A DNA stretch of 64,000 nucleotides from Callorhinchus milii (Eukaryota), in contig NW_024704743.1 of the NCBI RefSeq assembly GCF_018977255.1, forward strand, positions 6,884,001 to 6,948,000, in the 5' to 3' direction. The position numbers were made by a program, and so were the translations under genes. Shown one piece after another: positions 51,077 through 63,436 of this stretch. The notes under the pieces were generated by a model. It had not been told where the DNA came from. It saw only the letters and a list, made by a program, of their open reading frames with translations, and did not search any database. Position 1 is the stretch's first letter. Every line of letters starts with the position of its first letter.

Positions 51077-52084
51077 CTTCTCATCACACAACGGAGAGCA
51101 GCACCAAAACACTAGCTCTAACAAATACAGTAAGATGCAGTGAAAACACAATGAAAGGATTTAAGTAAAAGAAATAGCTGTCTAAGTCTGCTTGATGCTT
51201 AAAGATATGGATGACTAAACTGTTCTGCAGTTTCAATCGTGCATCAATCTTCCAGCACACTTCAATAAAGCCAAAAAAAGCTTTACAGGGCAACAGGAGG
51301 CCATTTGATGGATCATGGTTGTGCTGTAATGGCTTCCACAGTGGAGCAACGTGCTCCAACCTGATATTAGGCTGATCTATACTGTTATAAATTGCAAGGT
51401 TATTTATGTTACATCCATATGAAGCTTTAAAGTAAAACTCTTGAATGAGGCCAGTGAACCAATATAACCAACAAACAGAACAAATTACCACTGCACTTCA
51501 TCAAAGGCTGCAATTTGACCATTTAAGTGCAACCTGGAAAGAATTTCGCAAGTCCCCCAGGTGCATACCCTATTTTAACTATGCAGAACTGAATTTGAGA
51601 AGTCAGAAGTATCCCATGGATCAACTGAAGGAGTATTTTCCATGACTTATAAATAAGCCTCCCTGTTTACAAAACTGCTAACCTAACAGAAAACAAAGAA
51701 TTTGTAAAACCAAATCGAAACTTCAATGAACTTGAATAAGCATCAACAAAACAACAACTTGCATTTTGCTCACCCCTCACGCAGGCTAGGGTCCCAGAGC
51801 GGTTGTGAGAGTGAAAGTGAAACCAGATCTCTCCCAGTTCTGGCAGAATGTTCCACTGTTCACCACACCTAGCTCATCAGGAAGGTGGCAGATTCAATCT
51901 CTGGCCTGTGTGAAGTGAATCTCAAAAAAGAAAGGGATTGGGGGTTAGGGACATTGGAAAAGTGGCTTCAATATTAACAAATAGAAGAAAAAGAATCAGG
52001 CCGAATGCCCATTCAGGATCAGGCACAAATGTGAACGAGCCCCACACCTCTCCCAGCTATAACCTAATTTTTGATTAATCCGGG

Positions 52085-52870
52085 TCTCCACACTACACAA
52101 AGGATAATGGCAGCAAATAGAAAGAATACAGCATAGGTTCACTAGGATGATACCACAGCTGGAAGATTACTGCTATCAAGGTAGACTGGATAAATGAGGC
52201 CTTTTTCCGCTACAGAAAAGACATCTGAGAGGAGACCAAACAGAGGTGTTTAAGATTATGATGGGTTCAATAAGTTTGGCAAAGATAGGCTGTTTCCACT
52301 ATCGATAACCAGAGAACACAAGTAAGATCACGACTCGGGGATCCAAAGGAAAATTTTAGAGGAACTATTTTTTTGACCTGCTGATTCCCTACCAACCTGC
52401 CCACTCCCTCCATTCAGCGGCTCCGGCCTGCTCCATGTCACCCGCCTGACCCGCCCTATCATCGGTGGCCGGGCCTTCAGCCTCTCTGCCCCCACATTCT
52501 GGAACTCCATCCCACGGTCCCTTCGCCTCACTTCCTCCCTTCTCTTCGAGTGTGCCTTTGATCGCCCTGTCTGCCTTCCCTCACCCCTACACCACCCCTC
52601 CCCCATGCTCGGACCACAACACCTGACTGTTCAGCGGTTTGGGACGTTCTCCTGACATAAAAGGCACTCTATAAATGTAATTTTGTTGTTGATTTTCACG
52701 CAACGGGTATTGAGATTATGGAACTCGCTGCCTGAACCAGTGGTTGAATCAAATAGTATTCATAGCATTCAAAATCTTCACATGAGGGAGAGGGGAATAG
52801 AAGGATGTGGGAGGGAATAATGGGAGTACAAACACCGGCATGGACTGGTTTGGCTGAGTGGCCTACTCGC
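52085..52870 (+). mobile_element. Old CR1 3' portion interrupted by an L2 (about 52374-52695)
   Basis: RRLRGD..EVFKIM and RNYF remnants, then the insertion, then FTQRVLRLWNSLP. The insert carries an L2 hairpin tail. Confidence 0.82.
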
Positions 52871-52874
52871 ATTT

Positions 52875-53200
52875 TTATAATCGTAGCATTAGAAATAGTC
52901 CCTTATCACGTTGTTGAGATGCCTCAAAGTGCTTCACAGGAATGTAAAGTTTGGTCACTGGGCATTTACAGGCTAGCATTGCAGCTAATGTTCTTACAGC
53001 AAAGTCCCACAAATAGGCATGAAGTGAATGATCTGGGAGATTCTTAACCAAGACACAGAGGAAAAACTCCATTCAGTTTCCAAATTCCAAAGCATGCAGG
53101 ATCTCAGTTCAAAGTCTCATACTTTGATAGCACCTCCAACGATGAAGCATACGCTCAGTTCTTCATTGGAGTTTCAGCCTTAGACTGTGAGTTCAAATAG
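52875..53200 (-). mobile_element. Deu-domain SINE, degenerate
   Basis: Tail and body homology. Confidence 0.65.
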
Positions 53201-53231
53201 TCTTATTATACAAATATTCAATTCTAGCCAA

Positions 53232-53351
53232 AAGGCAAAATACTGCAGATGGAAATCTGAAATAAAAACTGAAGGCTGGGAACACTTTCTTCTCTCCATA
53301 GATGCTGCTTTGATCTGCTGAGTGTTCCCAGCGAATTCTGTTTTTATTTCA
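53232..53351. mobile_element. Fold-back repeat, same family as 13849-13967
   Basis: Arms TGAAATAAAAAC..GCTGGGAACACT and AGTGTTCCCAGC..GTTTTTATTTCA. Confidence 0.72.
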
Positions 53352-55244
53352 ATTCCTGCCAGTTGATGCTAACCATTCAATCATGCATGAAGAAAGACAC
53401 AAATGCATCCTTGAAATTTAACCGCAGAAAAGAATCAAGGGAGAAAAGAACAGGATGGAAATAGGCAGGCAAAGCACACAATTTCAATTAAAATTTTTAA
53501 ACTCTACAGAAAGTCAAAGGTACAGCAGTCATACTAATAATTAAAATAATTCTATACAATTTCACTAGAACCATGTATATTGAATAATTATGCAAAATGT
53601 TGCAATTCACTGCCTGCACCAAACAAGCAGAAGGTCAGGTAGTAATTTATATAAAGTGCAGCACAGCAGGCAGTCATAACCTGTGATAACACGCATTTCA
53701 CTGTCACTGGATGACAGGTGCCCTGCAGAGAACTTCACTCTTCTGCATCTCTAGACAGAATGTTGCCTTGCTGGAAAGTTTAATAATGAAGTAAAAATAA
53801 AACTTGCTTTAAGACATGAGATTTACATTAATATTTAACACTACATTTTACAATTTACAGAGAACAAAGATAAAAATGCTGTTCAATCCCAAACCTCCAA
53901 GGCTCAACACGAAGATTTATTTCTGTCCTGTATCTCTTTATAGATCCCCTGTAACTGATAAACTACTGCTACTTACAATCGCCATCCTACAAGATCGAGG
54001 GAATCTGTTCTTCAGTATTCGCTCTACTGAAATAGGGAATTGGTGTTCAAGTACCTGAGGGACTTGCTACCCTCATGAGTCTTGCAGTAAGTGTTCAAAC
54101 AACTGAGGAGGTATTTCTGAAGTGGGCGCTTTCCATAGGCTCTCAATTACAGAAAAGCAATGTTTCAAGTTATAATTTGTGGTGCTTCACTGCATTAACG
54201 TGAAAATACATTGTGGAGGAGCATTTAAGAACATGATTTAAAAGACTGATGAACATTCCTTCATTTCAATTTCAATATATTAGAAAAATGTAATGTAAAA
54301 TGTTCAAAGCAGACAACAGAACTTGTCTGTTGAATAGAACAGAATGAGTCGGGGCCAGCAGCAAATATGTCTCAGAAACTCATTAAATGTGTTGTACCTT
54401 GGTATCATTCTTCACGCGAGCTACTGCTGTTTCATAGGATAAATGTGCATCAGGGGGTCATACATACTGGGAAAGTGTTCCAACACATCAACGAGTTGGG
54501 GAGAGGAGACACAAGAAAAGCACACATCCAATGGCTCATTTGACATTGATTTGCTTTAAAATGTCACAATACCAACAGGTCTATTCTACTTTCATCACAC
54601 AATTTCAGAATCATGAATCATCTTCATCAGCCAGGCTGAAGAGCCCAGAACATAGAATAAGAGTTTCAGCGTACATTTAATCCACCATTTGACTAGAAAA
54701 CAAACAGACGTTGAATCTTTAGCTTTTCTCCAATCACACACAGCGGCTTTTGTTCAAATGAATAAGCTTGATGTTTCAGGGCTGCAATACAAGGGGAGAA
54801 ATCTGGAAAGAGCATTTCTCACAAAACATCCCAGCATGAAAACCAGCAATCCATTTCATGCTGGTCAGTACATGGTATTAGTGCCATAATGCATGCACCA
54901 GATTATTCTAAATTAAATGGATCGAGAATTATGGGTTTTATATCAAATCCAAAGTGACCTTAAAAGTCAACAGAACTCATCCTCCCAGGAGTTCAGCTGC
55001 ACATAAAAACTCACCTACAAAAATTTCTTTGCTTGCTCGAGGGCAAGACAGTTACCATTTGGAAGATAAAATCTCTGCCTGTTGGCAACTGTAGGAAATT
55101 TATCATTCACTTTTCTGAGCTTCATTTAAGCTTTATTAAATAATTGATGTATGAAATAAATTTAGAGCTAAAGAGCTATATTTAACCTTTCTGCCAATTC
55201 CATGTATTCTTCATGCTGATAGTTGGCAAGTGGAATATACTGGG

Positions 55245-56095
55245 TCTGAATGAGCGAAAACGTCTTTCAACTAAATGTTGACAAGACAGAAGCCATACTC
55301 ATTTGCTCCCATCAATGTCTTCTGCCCTGCAGCTTTAATCTCCTCAACCTCCCTGGGCTATCTCTCAGACTCACCAAACAGGTGCTTCAGGTTCGACCCA
55401 CAGCTGTCCTTCCTTCCCCACATCCGGTCCCTGATCCTGGACTGTCTTCCTCAACCTCCACATTGCCACCTCTGACCATACCTTTCCCCAGACACAGCCA
55501 AAACACTTGTCCAAGCGCTCATCACCTCCCGACTCGACTTTTTAAATACCTTCTTTGCCGGTCTCCCCAGCTCCACCATGCACAGGAACCAAACTTCGCC
55601 GCCCGCATACTCACCCATACTAATCGCTGTGCCCACATCAACAACAACAAGATTACATTTGTATAGCGCCTTTCACATCGGGAGATGTCCCAAGGCGCTG
55701 GACAGTGTACAGCATTCCATATCACACTAGTTCTTGCCAGGCTCTACTGCTCCCTGTAACTGAACAATTTCAAGATCCTCACACTTGTTTTCAAATCCCT
55801 TCATGCCCTGGCACCTCCCTACCTCCCTGACCTGCTTACCCTCCTGCTCCCTTCCACCATCAACTGCTGCGCATTCAGCCACAACTCCCCGAAATTCTGG
55901 AACACTCTTCCTCTATCCCTCCACCTTGCCCCTTCCTTCCCCATCTTCAGATCATGCTTGAAGACCTTCCTCTTCGACCGTGCCTACGGTCACCTCCCTC
56001 TCCCCACGGCTCAGCGTTGTGCTTCACCACCGTCAAGCTGTCTGGGATGCTACCCTTCATGAGGGGTGCTAGATAAATGCAAGTTATTGTTGTAC
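55245..56095 (+). mobile_element. Old L2 3' portion with a nested antisense L2 tail (about 55640-55717)
   Basis: FQLNVDKTEAIL, FDPQLSFLPHI and FKILTLVFKSLHALAPPYL remnants. Confidence 0.85.
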
Positions 56096-57049
56096 TGTAT
56101 TTAATATAGGATGAGCATTGGATGAGCAATCAGTTTCAGGGAAGCTGAGGATGAACGGAAGTCACTCAACCGACAATGTTTTTAAACTTCTTCTCAAAAC
56201 TCACCCACCCAATAACCAACCCGTGGAACACATCAAAAAAATATACTAGGGAGTTATATTTTCAATCACACAACCCATTCCTTGTGTCTCCTTTTTCATA
56301 ATTGTGTTTGTCTACATGTGGGGTAAGATTCCACCAGAGACTACATTTACTCATTTGTGTCCCAAATTTATGAAACTCCCTGCCTCAATCCCACTGCCTT
56401 GTCTCCTCTTTGAGAGTCTACAAATCGCACCTGAAGACTTTCCTCTTCGCTCGTGCCAAGGATCACCTTCCCTTTCTCTCCATATCAGTATCAAACTCCG
56501 CCATTGTTAAGACTGCCAGACACTATCCCACATAAAGAGAAATTAATGCAAATTGTTATGGTTGTGACAACTCAACAAGTGAAACTCAGCTGAAAAGCAC
56601 AACAAATAAAGCCAGCAAAGAGAAAACACTTGCATCCCATCAGTATGAGCTGCTTTTCACCTGCTTTATATATCCTACCCAATTCACCCCACCATTGCTG
56701 GGGATCTTTCAGCCATTCCTCCCCCAACCCATTCCTCTGATTCACCGCCTTCCTCCCTTCCCACTTTTAAGGCCCACTTTAAGATTTACCTCCTTGATGA
56801 TGCTTTTGGTAATTTCTCTCTATGCCCTCTTTAGCGCCCACCCCTCACTCTTCATTTTGGGTTCAAGGAAGCTCTGCAAAGCACTCAGACATCTTCCTGA
56901 CATGAATGGTGTTATGGAAATGTAAATTGTACTGTATTTGATGAGTATTTTTATTTTCAACCTGTGCATTAGAGCCATAAAGACACCCCAAAGACTGAGT
57001 CATCATAGAATCAGCCACACAACTATCTGATAATGATTCAACTAGTATC

Positions 57050-57366
57050 TAATAATAATAATAATCCTTGCATTTGATATAGCGCTTTTCACGTCGGAAG
57101 GACGTCCCAAAGCGCTTCACAGAACACACTGTAAAGTGAATTGACTGTAAATTTGTGGGCGAACGCGGCAGCCAATTGCGCACAGCAATGTCCCACAAAC
57201 AGTCGTAGATTGAAAATGCCAATTTTATTATTGCTTTTGGTTTTGGAGGGATTATTATTAGGCGTGTGGAGTAAGGAAACTTACCCAAGGTTTCGCCCTG
57301 CCTGGGATTGAACTCAGGTCTCTCGCTTGCAAAGCGAGTGCTCTAACCACTGAGCTACAGGACTCC
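57050..57366 (-). mobile_element. Young tRNA-headed SINE, full length
   Basis: Complete head (anticodon arm CTCGC-TTTGCAA-GCGAG), body and tail. Confidence 0.95.
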
Positions 57367-57483
57367 ACAAAATCAATCAAAACAATTAATATTTGCTTGA
57401 CACACCATGGACACGAGGACACTGTGTGGCATTTGTTGTCTCAATTAAGTAAACATGTTCATGTCACAACTGTTTAGATCAAC

Positions 57484-57738
57484 CTGCACTTCCACAAGGA
57501 TCAAAATACTTTGTCTGAAAGCATATTGATCCGATTCACATGCTGGATGGATTTCCAGGGAATGTACGTGCAAGTGGTACCAACACCAGGGATTCCACAA
57601 CCCCGATGACATGGATGCTACCAAACGCTTGGAAAGCATCCAAGTCAAAACGTGATAGCACTTTGCAAGTGTTTTGATAGCCACAGTGTTAACATCAAAA
57701 AACAAGCACTTGGGCAGAGATTTATTCTCCATGCATTT
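57484..57738 (-). other. Candidate exon (255 nt) of a minus-strand host gene
   Basis: Strong acceptor TTTTTTTCTTTTAG|A, weaker donor CAG|GTTGAT, non-repetitive. The peptide is not recognised. Confidence 0.3.
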
Positions 57739-58231
57739 CTAAAAGAAAAAAATGCTTGTTAAAGGAAACATTCAAACCTACTTAGTGTTTGGCACATTAT
57801 TTCTACATGGCACTCCAATTGATACATTGAATCATTCTGCAGCACAAGTGCTTTCAGTAAAAACAGAAAGATAAACATTTAGTTTTAATTATGAGGTTGT
57901 CATCAATGAATGTATCACTGCTAACAATTAGGGCCTTAAAAAAACATCAGAATAACAATTGTACAGCTGCATTGATTTCGCAAATATGTTTTACATAAGC
58001 CTTTGACCACTCAACTTTTAATTACAAGTTTTTTTAATTTCAGACGTTGAGGACTTCATTGTTTTGCCCCCTCCGCTCTTGAAAACCCTTCCTTTGTGTC
58101 GAGTTATCAGAGCTAACTTGCTATCCAACCCCACCATTGTCTCTTTTAAAGATTTAAAATTGATAACCTTTTTCCAGATAACCGACTTTTCCAGTCGTAT
58201 ACTTTCCTAAACTTTGTGCCTTTTGCTTGTC

Positions 58232-58629
58232 CACTCTAGCCTCTGAGTCAAATGGTTTATGGTTCAAGCCCCACGTTGGGACTTGGAATCACATCCTCTA
58301 AGCTGACACTGCAATGCAGTGGTGGGGGTATACTGCATCGTCAGAGGTGCGTCCTTCGGATGAGATGTTAAACCGAGGTCCCATCTGCCTGTTCAGGTGT
58401 ATGTTATACCTGGCGAACCATCCCCCATGGCTGTTTGTGGGCCATTGCTGTGCGCAATTGACTGCTGGGTTCTGTCCACAAAATAGTCACTCCACGTTAA
58501 CAGTACATTCTGTGCAGCGCTTTGAGACGTCTAGAAGACGTGAAAAGCGCTATATCAAATGCAAGGATAATTGTTATTATACCGTGAAGCACTTTGAGAC
58601 ACTGACGACTTGATAAGACGCTATATCAA
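58232..58629 (+). mobile_element. Deu-domain SINE with two successive tails
   Basis: Well-kept Deu motif GTCCTTCGGATGAGATGTTAAACCGAGGTCCCATCTGCCTGTTCAGGTG. Tails at 58510-58580 and 58583-58629. Confidence 0.82.
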
Positions 58630-58825
58630 CCACTTGGATTTATATAATGCCCGCCACGTCGGACGGCGTCTCACAGCGCTTCACAGTAACGGATCCCGGG
58701 GCCGAGCCAGGGGGAGGAGGAGGAAGGTGTCCAAAGGCGCGGTCGAAAAGGTCTTCATTTGAGACCTGAAAATAGAAAGAGAGGGGGCGAGGCGATGGGA
58801 GGGAGGAAAGGAGTTCCAGAGCCGA
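58630..58825 (-). mobile_element. L2 3' end
   Basis: Same subfamily as 4168-4360. Confidence 0.88.
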
Positions 58826-59635
58826 ATGTAAGGGTCATTATTATTATGCTTCTTGGCTTGCCTTCATGAACCAGATGACCAAGACCACTAAAGAAGTTTG
58901 ACATGATTCCACGTTCCGATCCAAGTACATAACCTTGGAAGCAGCTCAGCTTCAAGGAGGCCCCGCTTACCTTCCTCCCCACCACAAAAAAAATCAAATG
59001 CAGAATAAGAGAACTGCATTGTCAAAGGTACAGCCCTTCAGATGAGACATTAAACCAAGGTCTTGCTTTCCCATTCAGGTGGATGGTGAAGATCTCATGA
59101 TACTTTTCAAACAAAGAAGGTAGTTTCTTCCTGTCTTCTGCCCAATATTCTCCCAAATTAAAAAAGTCATTCACTTCATCGCTGTGGGACAGGCCTTGCG
59201 CAAATTGGCTGCCTCATACATGAATGTTGCAATTTGGTGCTCTTTATTATTATGTGACATGCACAGGCAGCTTGGTCACCGAACCATTTATTTTTGCTAC
59301 TCTTTATGAAATCTGTTCATCAACCCTCTGCTGAGCTTGTTGATGGTGAGCTGTTGTGGCGAACAATATCTTTAATACTTAGTGCATTTGTACAATCCTC
59401 CTGCAGTCACCACAATCAAGCCAGGCCAGGAGCGTACAGCAGAAATGAAAGGGCATCACAAAGCCAAGCCAAAAATATACCCTTTGACCAGACTTCAAAT
59501 GCCTTAAAATAATTTATTATTTTACGAGCTTCATGTATTTAGTGTATCCTACTAACAGATCATTCAAAAAATAGTAAAATACCACAAAGTGACATACATA
59601 ATTTCTGTCAATATTTGTAGCAAATTTTGGGTTTC

Positions 59636-59900
59636 ATTACAACAAAAATTACATTTATATAGCGCCTTTCAAGTTGAAAGGACATCCCAAGTTGCTGGTT
59701 ATTTAAGGGTTTGCACCTGAGCTAGGAGTTGCAATCAGAAGGGGGTTGGGGGGGGGGGGGGGGGAGAGAGAGAGGAGGTTGAAGGGGCGGTCAAAGAATA
59801 AGGTCAAAGGAGGAGGAATGGGAGAGGTGGAGGGATTTCAAGATGGAGTTCATGAAGACCTAATTGCCAATGGCGGGGCAGGCAAGGCGGGAGACACAAG
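59636..59900 (-). mobile_element. L2 3' end with a poly-G run
   Basis: ATTACATTTATATAGCGCCTTTCA tail. Confidence 0.78.
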
Positions 59901-60460
59901 CAGGCAAAACATGACAATTTGTTTTAGGAATTGAGAATTTGTAGCTGAAAAATATATAAAAACAAAACAGCAATCTACATTTTACTCTTGACTGAGACAT
60001 TTTATATAAAATGATTTTTTTTTAACCTCTTCTCCTTCCCTCCCCACCCCCATGAAGAGAATAAAGCTAAATACAGATTTGTGTTGAAAACGTTGACAAA
60101 GAAAATCTGAAGATATGTTATTCAAATATGATTTTAATCCTTGGAAAAATCCCGTTTTACTAACTACATCAATGACCTATAAGCCTATATCTAAGCAGAA
60201 TATGTACAACACATGCAATTTATTACATTAAATGTAAAGTATTTAGCTTTCCCAATGAATTAGCCATAGGTAAAGCCCTAGACTACAATGCCACAGAACA
60301 GAAGGTCACAGGTGTTGAGTTTGCAGATGTCCACCAGAATATGCTTCAATTAGAATAAACACCATTGCATTTGATACATTGGGGGAAAGAGGATGGGGGT
60401 ATAGGTTTTCTTCCAGGGTTCCTTCTTCCAAATGGAGTCCTGAAATCCCCTTTGGGAGAG

Positions 60461-60806
60461 AATAATAATAATCCTTGCATTTGATATAGTGTCTTATCAC
60501 GTCATTGAGACGTCTCAAGGCGCTTCATAGAATATACTGTAAATTGAATTGAATACTTTGTGGGCGAAACGCGGTAGCCAATTGCGCAAAGCAATGTTCC
60601 ACAAACAATCATGGATTGTTTTTGAGGGATTATTACGCCCAGAAAGCGATCCGCCAATCGACTAACAACAGGTTCCTACTTACTGCTAGGTAAACAGAGG
60701 TATATGGAGTAACAAAACTTGCCTATGGCTTTGCCCTGCCCGGGAATTAAATCCAGGTCCTCTCACTTGCGAGGTGAGTGCGCTAACCACTAGACTGCAG
60801 GACTCC
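60461..60806 (-). mobile_element. tRNA-headed SINE with a complete CORE-like domain (longer, older form of the young SINE)
   Basis: Same head and tail as the young SINE, plus about 62 extra nt (60636-60697) that continue the CORE-like motif. Confidence 0.85.
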
Positions 60807-61436
60807 ACCCGTGAGGACAAATCACAAGGGAGTGGTGATTGCAACCAGCGGGTGAGCATCACTGAGCACATACCTCTCACGCTCTCTCTCTCTCTCTGTC
60901 AAGGCCAGTAGTGATTAAAATATACAGAATAAAAATCATTTACCTGAAACACTTGGGAGTCTATGCGAGGCCAGGGAGAACAGTAACATGTGTCGTGTTT
61001 TGTCTGTTTTTATACATAAACATATTTAGAGACTTGAATCACCTGTGTGGATGAAGGGGTGGGTATGGGAGACAAGCTCAGATTCTACTGTGTTGCCTCA
61101 CAATCTAGAGGTTGCCGACACTCACAGTGGAGATTTGCACATGAACAATGGCCATTGCGGGAAAGTGTCGAGGAATGACAGCCTGAAACCTAACACCAAT
61201 AGAAGACTCAAAATCTTCAGGGAGGGGAAGGGAATTAGCAATGGCAGAATTGTAAAGTACAGTCATAGCACTTTTACAATTTATTAATATATTTAGCTCA
61301 TTCTATTTCCAAACATGAGATTCTCTCTTAGAATACTAACATATTTTAATTAAGTAGGATACATAGCCATGATATGGATTAATGTGAGATTTAACCAACC
61401 TTAAAATTGAACTTTGCAACAGAGCAATTTGCACTA

Positions 61437-61672
61437 TTCCCTTTGGCCAGCCGAGTGACACACAAGGAAACCCATCACCTGCTTAGAAGTATCCAAACCA
61501 GAAAGTTCCACATATGCACCCCACCTACAGCTTTGTCTGGAATGGAGTGCACACTCTCTCCCCAGCGCGCCACATCCTGCTTATCTAATTCTACAAAGCA
61601 GTAGGGATTTGCAAGAGCCAATGCTTTGAAGACCCCAGAGGGTGCATGTGTGGTACTGTTGAAATGTAACCA
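61437..61672 (+). repeat. Old unclassified interspersed repeat, copy 2
   Basis: Colinear similarity to 13510-13763. Confidence 0.75.
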
Positions 61673-62800
61673 CTCTACCTGGTAAGCTCTTGAGTTGCAG
61701 GGCAAACAAGAGCTGGTTTGGAAGAATCCCTGCCCCTCCAAGTCCATTATATCCGTTATTTTGCAAAACAATCCAGATTCGTTGGTGCCTTGGGTGACTG
61801 CAGCCCAAATTGGCTCAGGAAGTGGAGTACCAAGATTGTCAGGCTCAACTTGATTCCAGTATTCTGTTGCCAAGATGTCAATTTGGAGCCAGCTCATCCC
61901 CAAAGAGACCTTGCTTCAACTACCTCCCTCCCACCCAGGATAGGTACTGGTTTGTCATTCAGCATCCGACAAGAGAGGGTTTGACCAATTAAGTCTCAAC
62001 AGTGAGAAGAGGCATTTGCTGGGAAGAAGCATTTGCAGGCAGAAATAAATCTCACTTTAATGTACACAATTCAATTTACATGTATGCAGCACTTTTCACG
62101 TTAGGAGGATGTCTTAAAGTGCTCGACACTGCTGGGGGTGGGGAGGGGAAAGATACTTGAAAGTGCAGTCAAAAACGTACGACTCGAGATGGGCCTTATA
62201 TACTTTGTCCTTTTATACTCTCCCCCACCCCACCTGCCCCTCCTTGAAAGCACAACTTTCATATTTATCTTTTGTAAAATACAGGCACAGTGTGAGCAAT
62301 TCTCCAGAAAGATGAATACAACAAAGATACGCATAAACTAATTGCAAACAACGTTCAAACAATAGCTAATTAGCTTGTGTGCCCTACAGACCCCAGTAAA
62401 TTTCAGGTAGGTCCCATTTATTGATTACAAATTGGGCATGAAATTAATGTTCAACAAACAGTAATTTGGGATCGAGTCCCAGTATTAAGAATAGACCTTT
62501 TTCAATACCGGGGACTCGCTGTGTTGCACATACACTGTGTTGGTATCGCACAACACAATACCAGATTACAAAGCAACTCGAGAAGACTGTAAATTTGAGA
62601 TCAGTCCGTTTAAATCTCGGTTTTCCTTCATCCGCATTTGCCCTCGATCCTGGCTGGTTCCGTCTCCTCCCTCGAGAGACTAACTAACTAACTAACTAAC
62701 TAACCTGACCAACTCACCAACCTCTCGAGGTTTCGAAAACGACCAGGCGAGATCAGCCCATGGAGGGCGTGTGAAAAATGGGGCTTTTCGCTCTCGACTT

Positions 62801-62878
62801 AGAGAGAGAGAGAGAGAGAGAGAAAGACACACAGAAAGAGAGAGAGAGACAGAGACACAGAGAGAGAAAGACACACAC

Positions 62879-62925
<47 letters not shown>

Positions 62926-63436
62926 AAGACAGAGAGAGACAGACAGAGAGAGACAGACACACACACACACAGAAAGACAGACACACACAGAGAAAGATAC
63001 ACACACACAGAGAAAGACACACACACACAGAGAAAGACACACACACACAGAGAAAGACACACACACACAGAGAAAGACACACACACACAGAGAAAGACAC
63101 ACACACACACACACACACAGAGAAAGACACACACACACAGAGAAAGACACACACACACAGAAAGACACAAACACACACAGAGAAAGACACACACACACAC
63201 AGAGAAAGACACACACACACACACAGAGAAAGACACACACACACAGAGAAAGACACACACACACAGAGAAAGACACACACACACACAGAGAAAGACACAC
63301 ACACACACACAGAGAAAGACACACACACACACAGAGAAGGACAGAGAGAGAGAGAAAGACACACACACACAGAGAGAAAGACACAGCGAGGAGAGAGAGA
63401 GAGAAAGACACACACACACACACACACAGAGAGAGA
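62801..63436. repeat. Compound GA/CA microsatellite with a higher-order AGAGAAAG(AC)n unit of about 20 bp
   Basis: Direct reading. The + strand is almost devoid of T. Confidence 0.98.
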
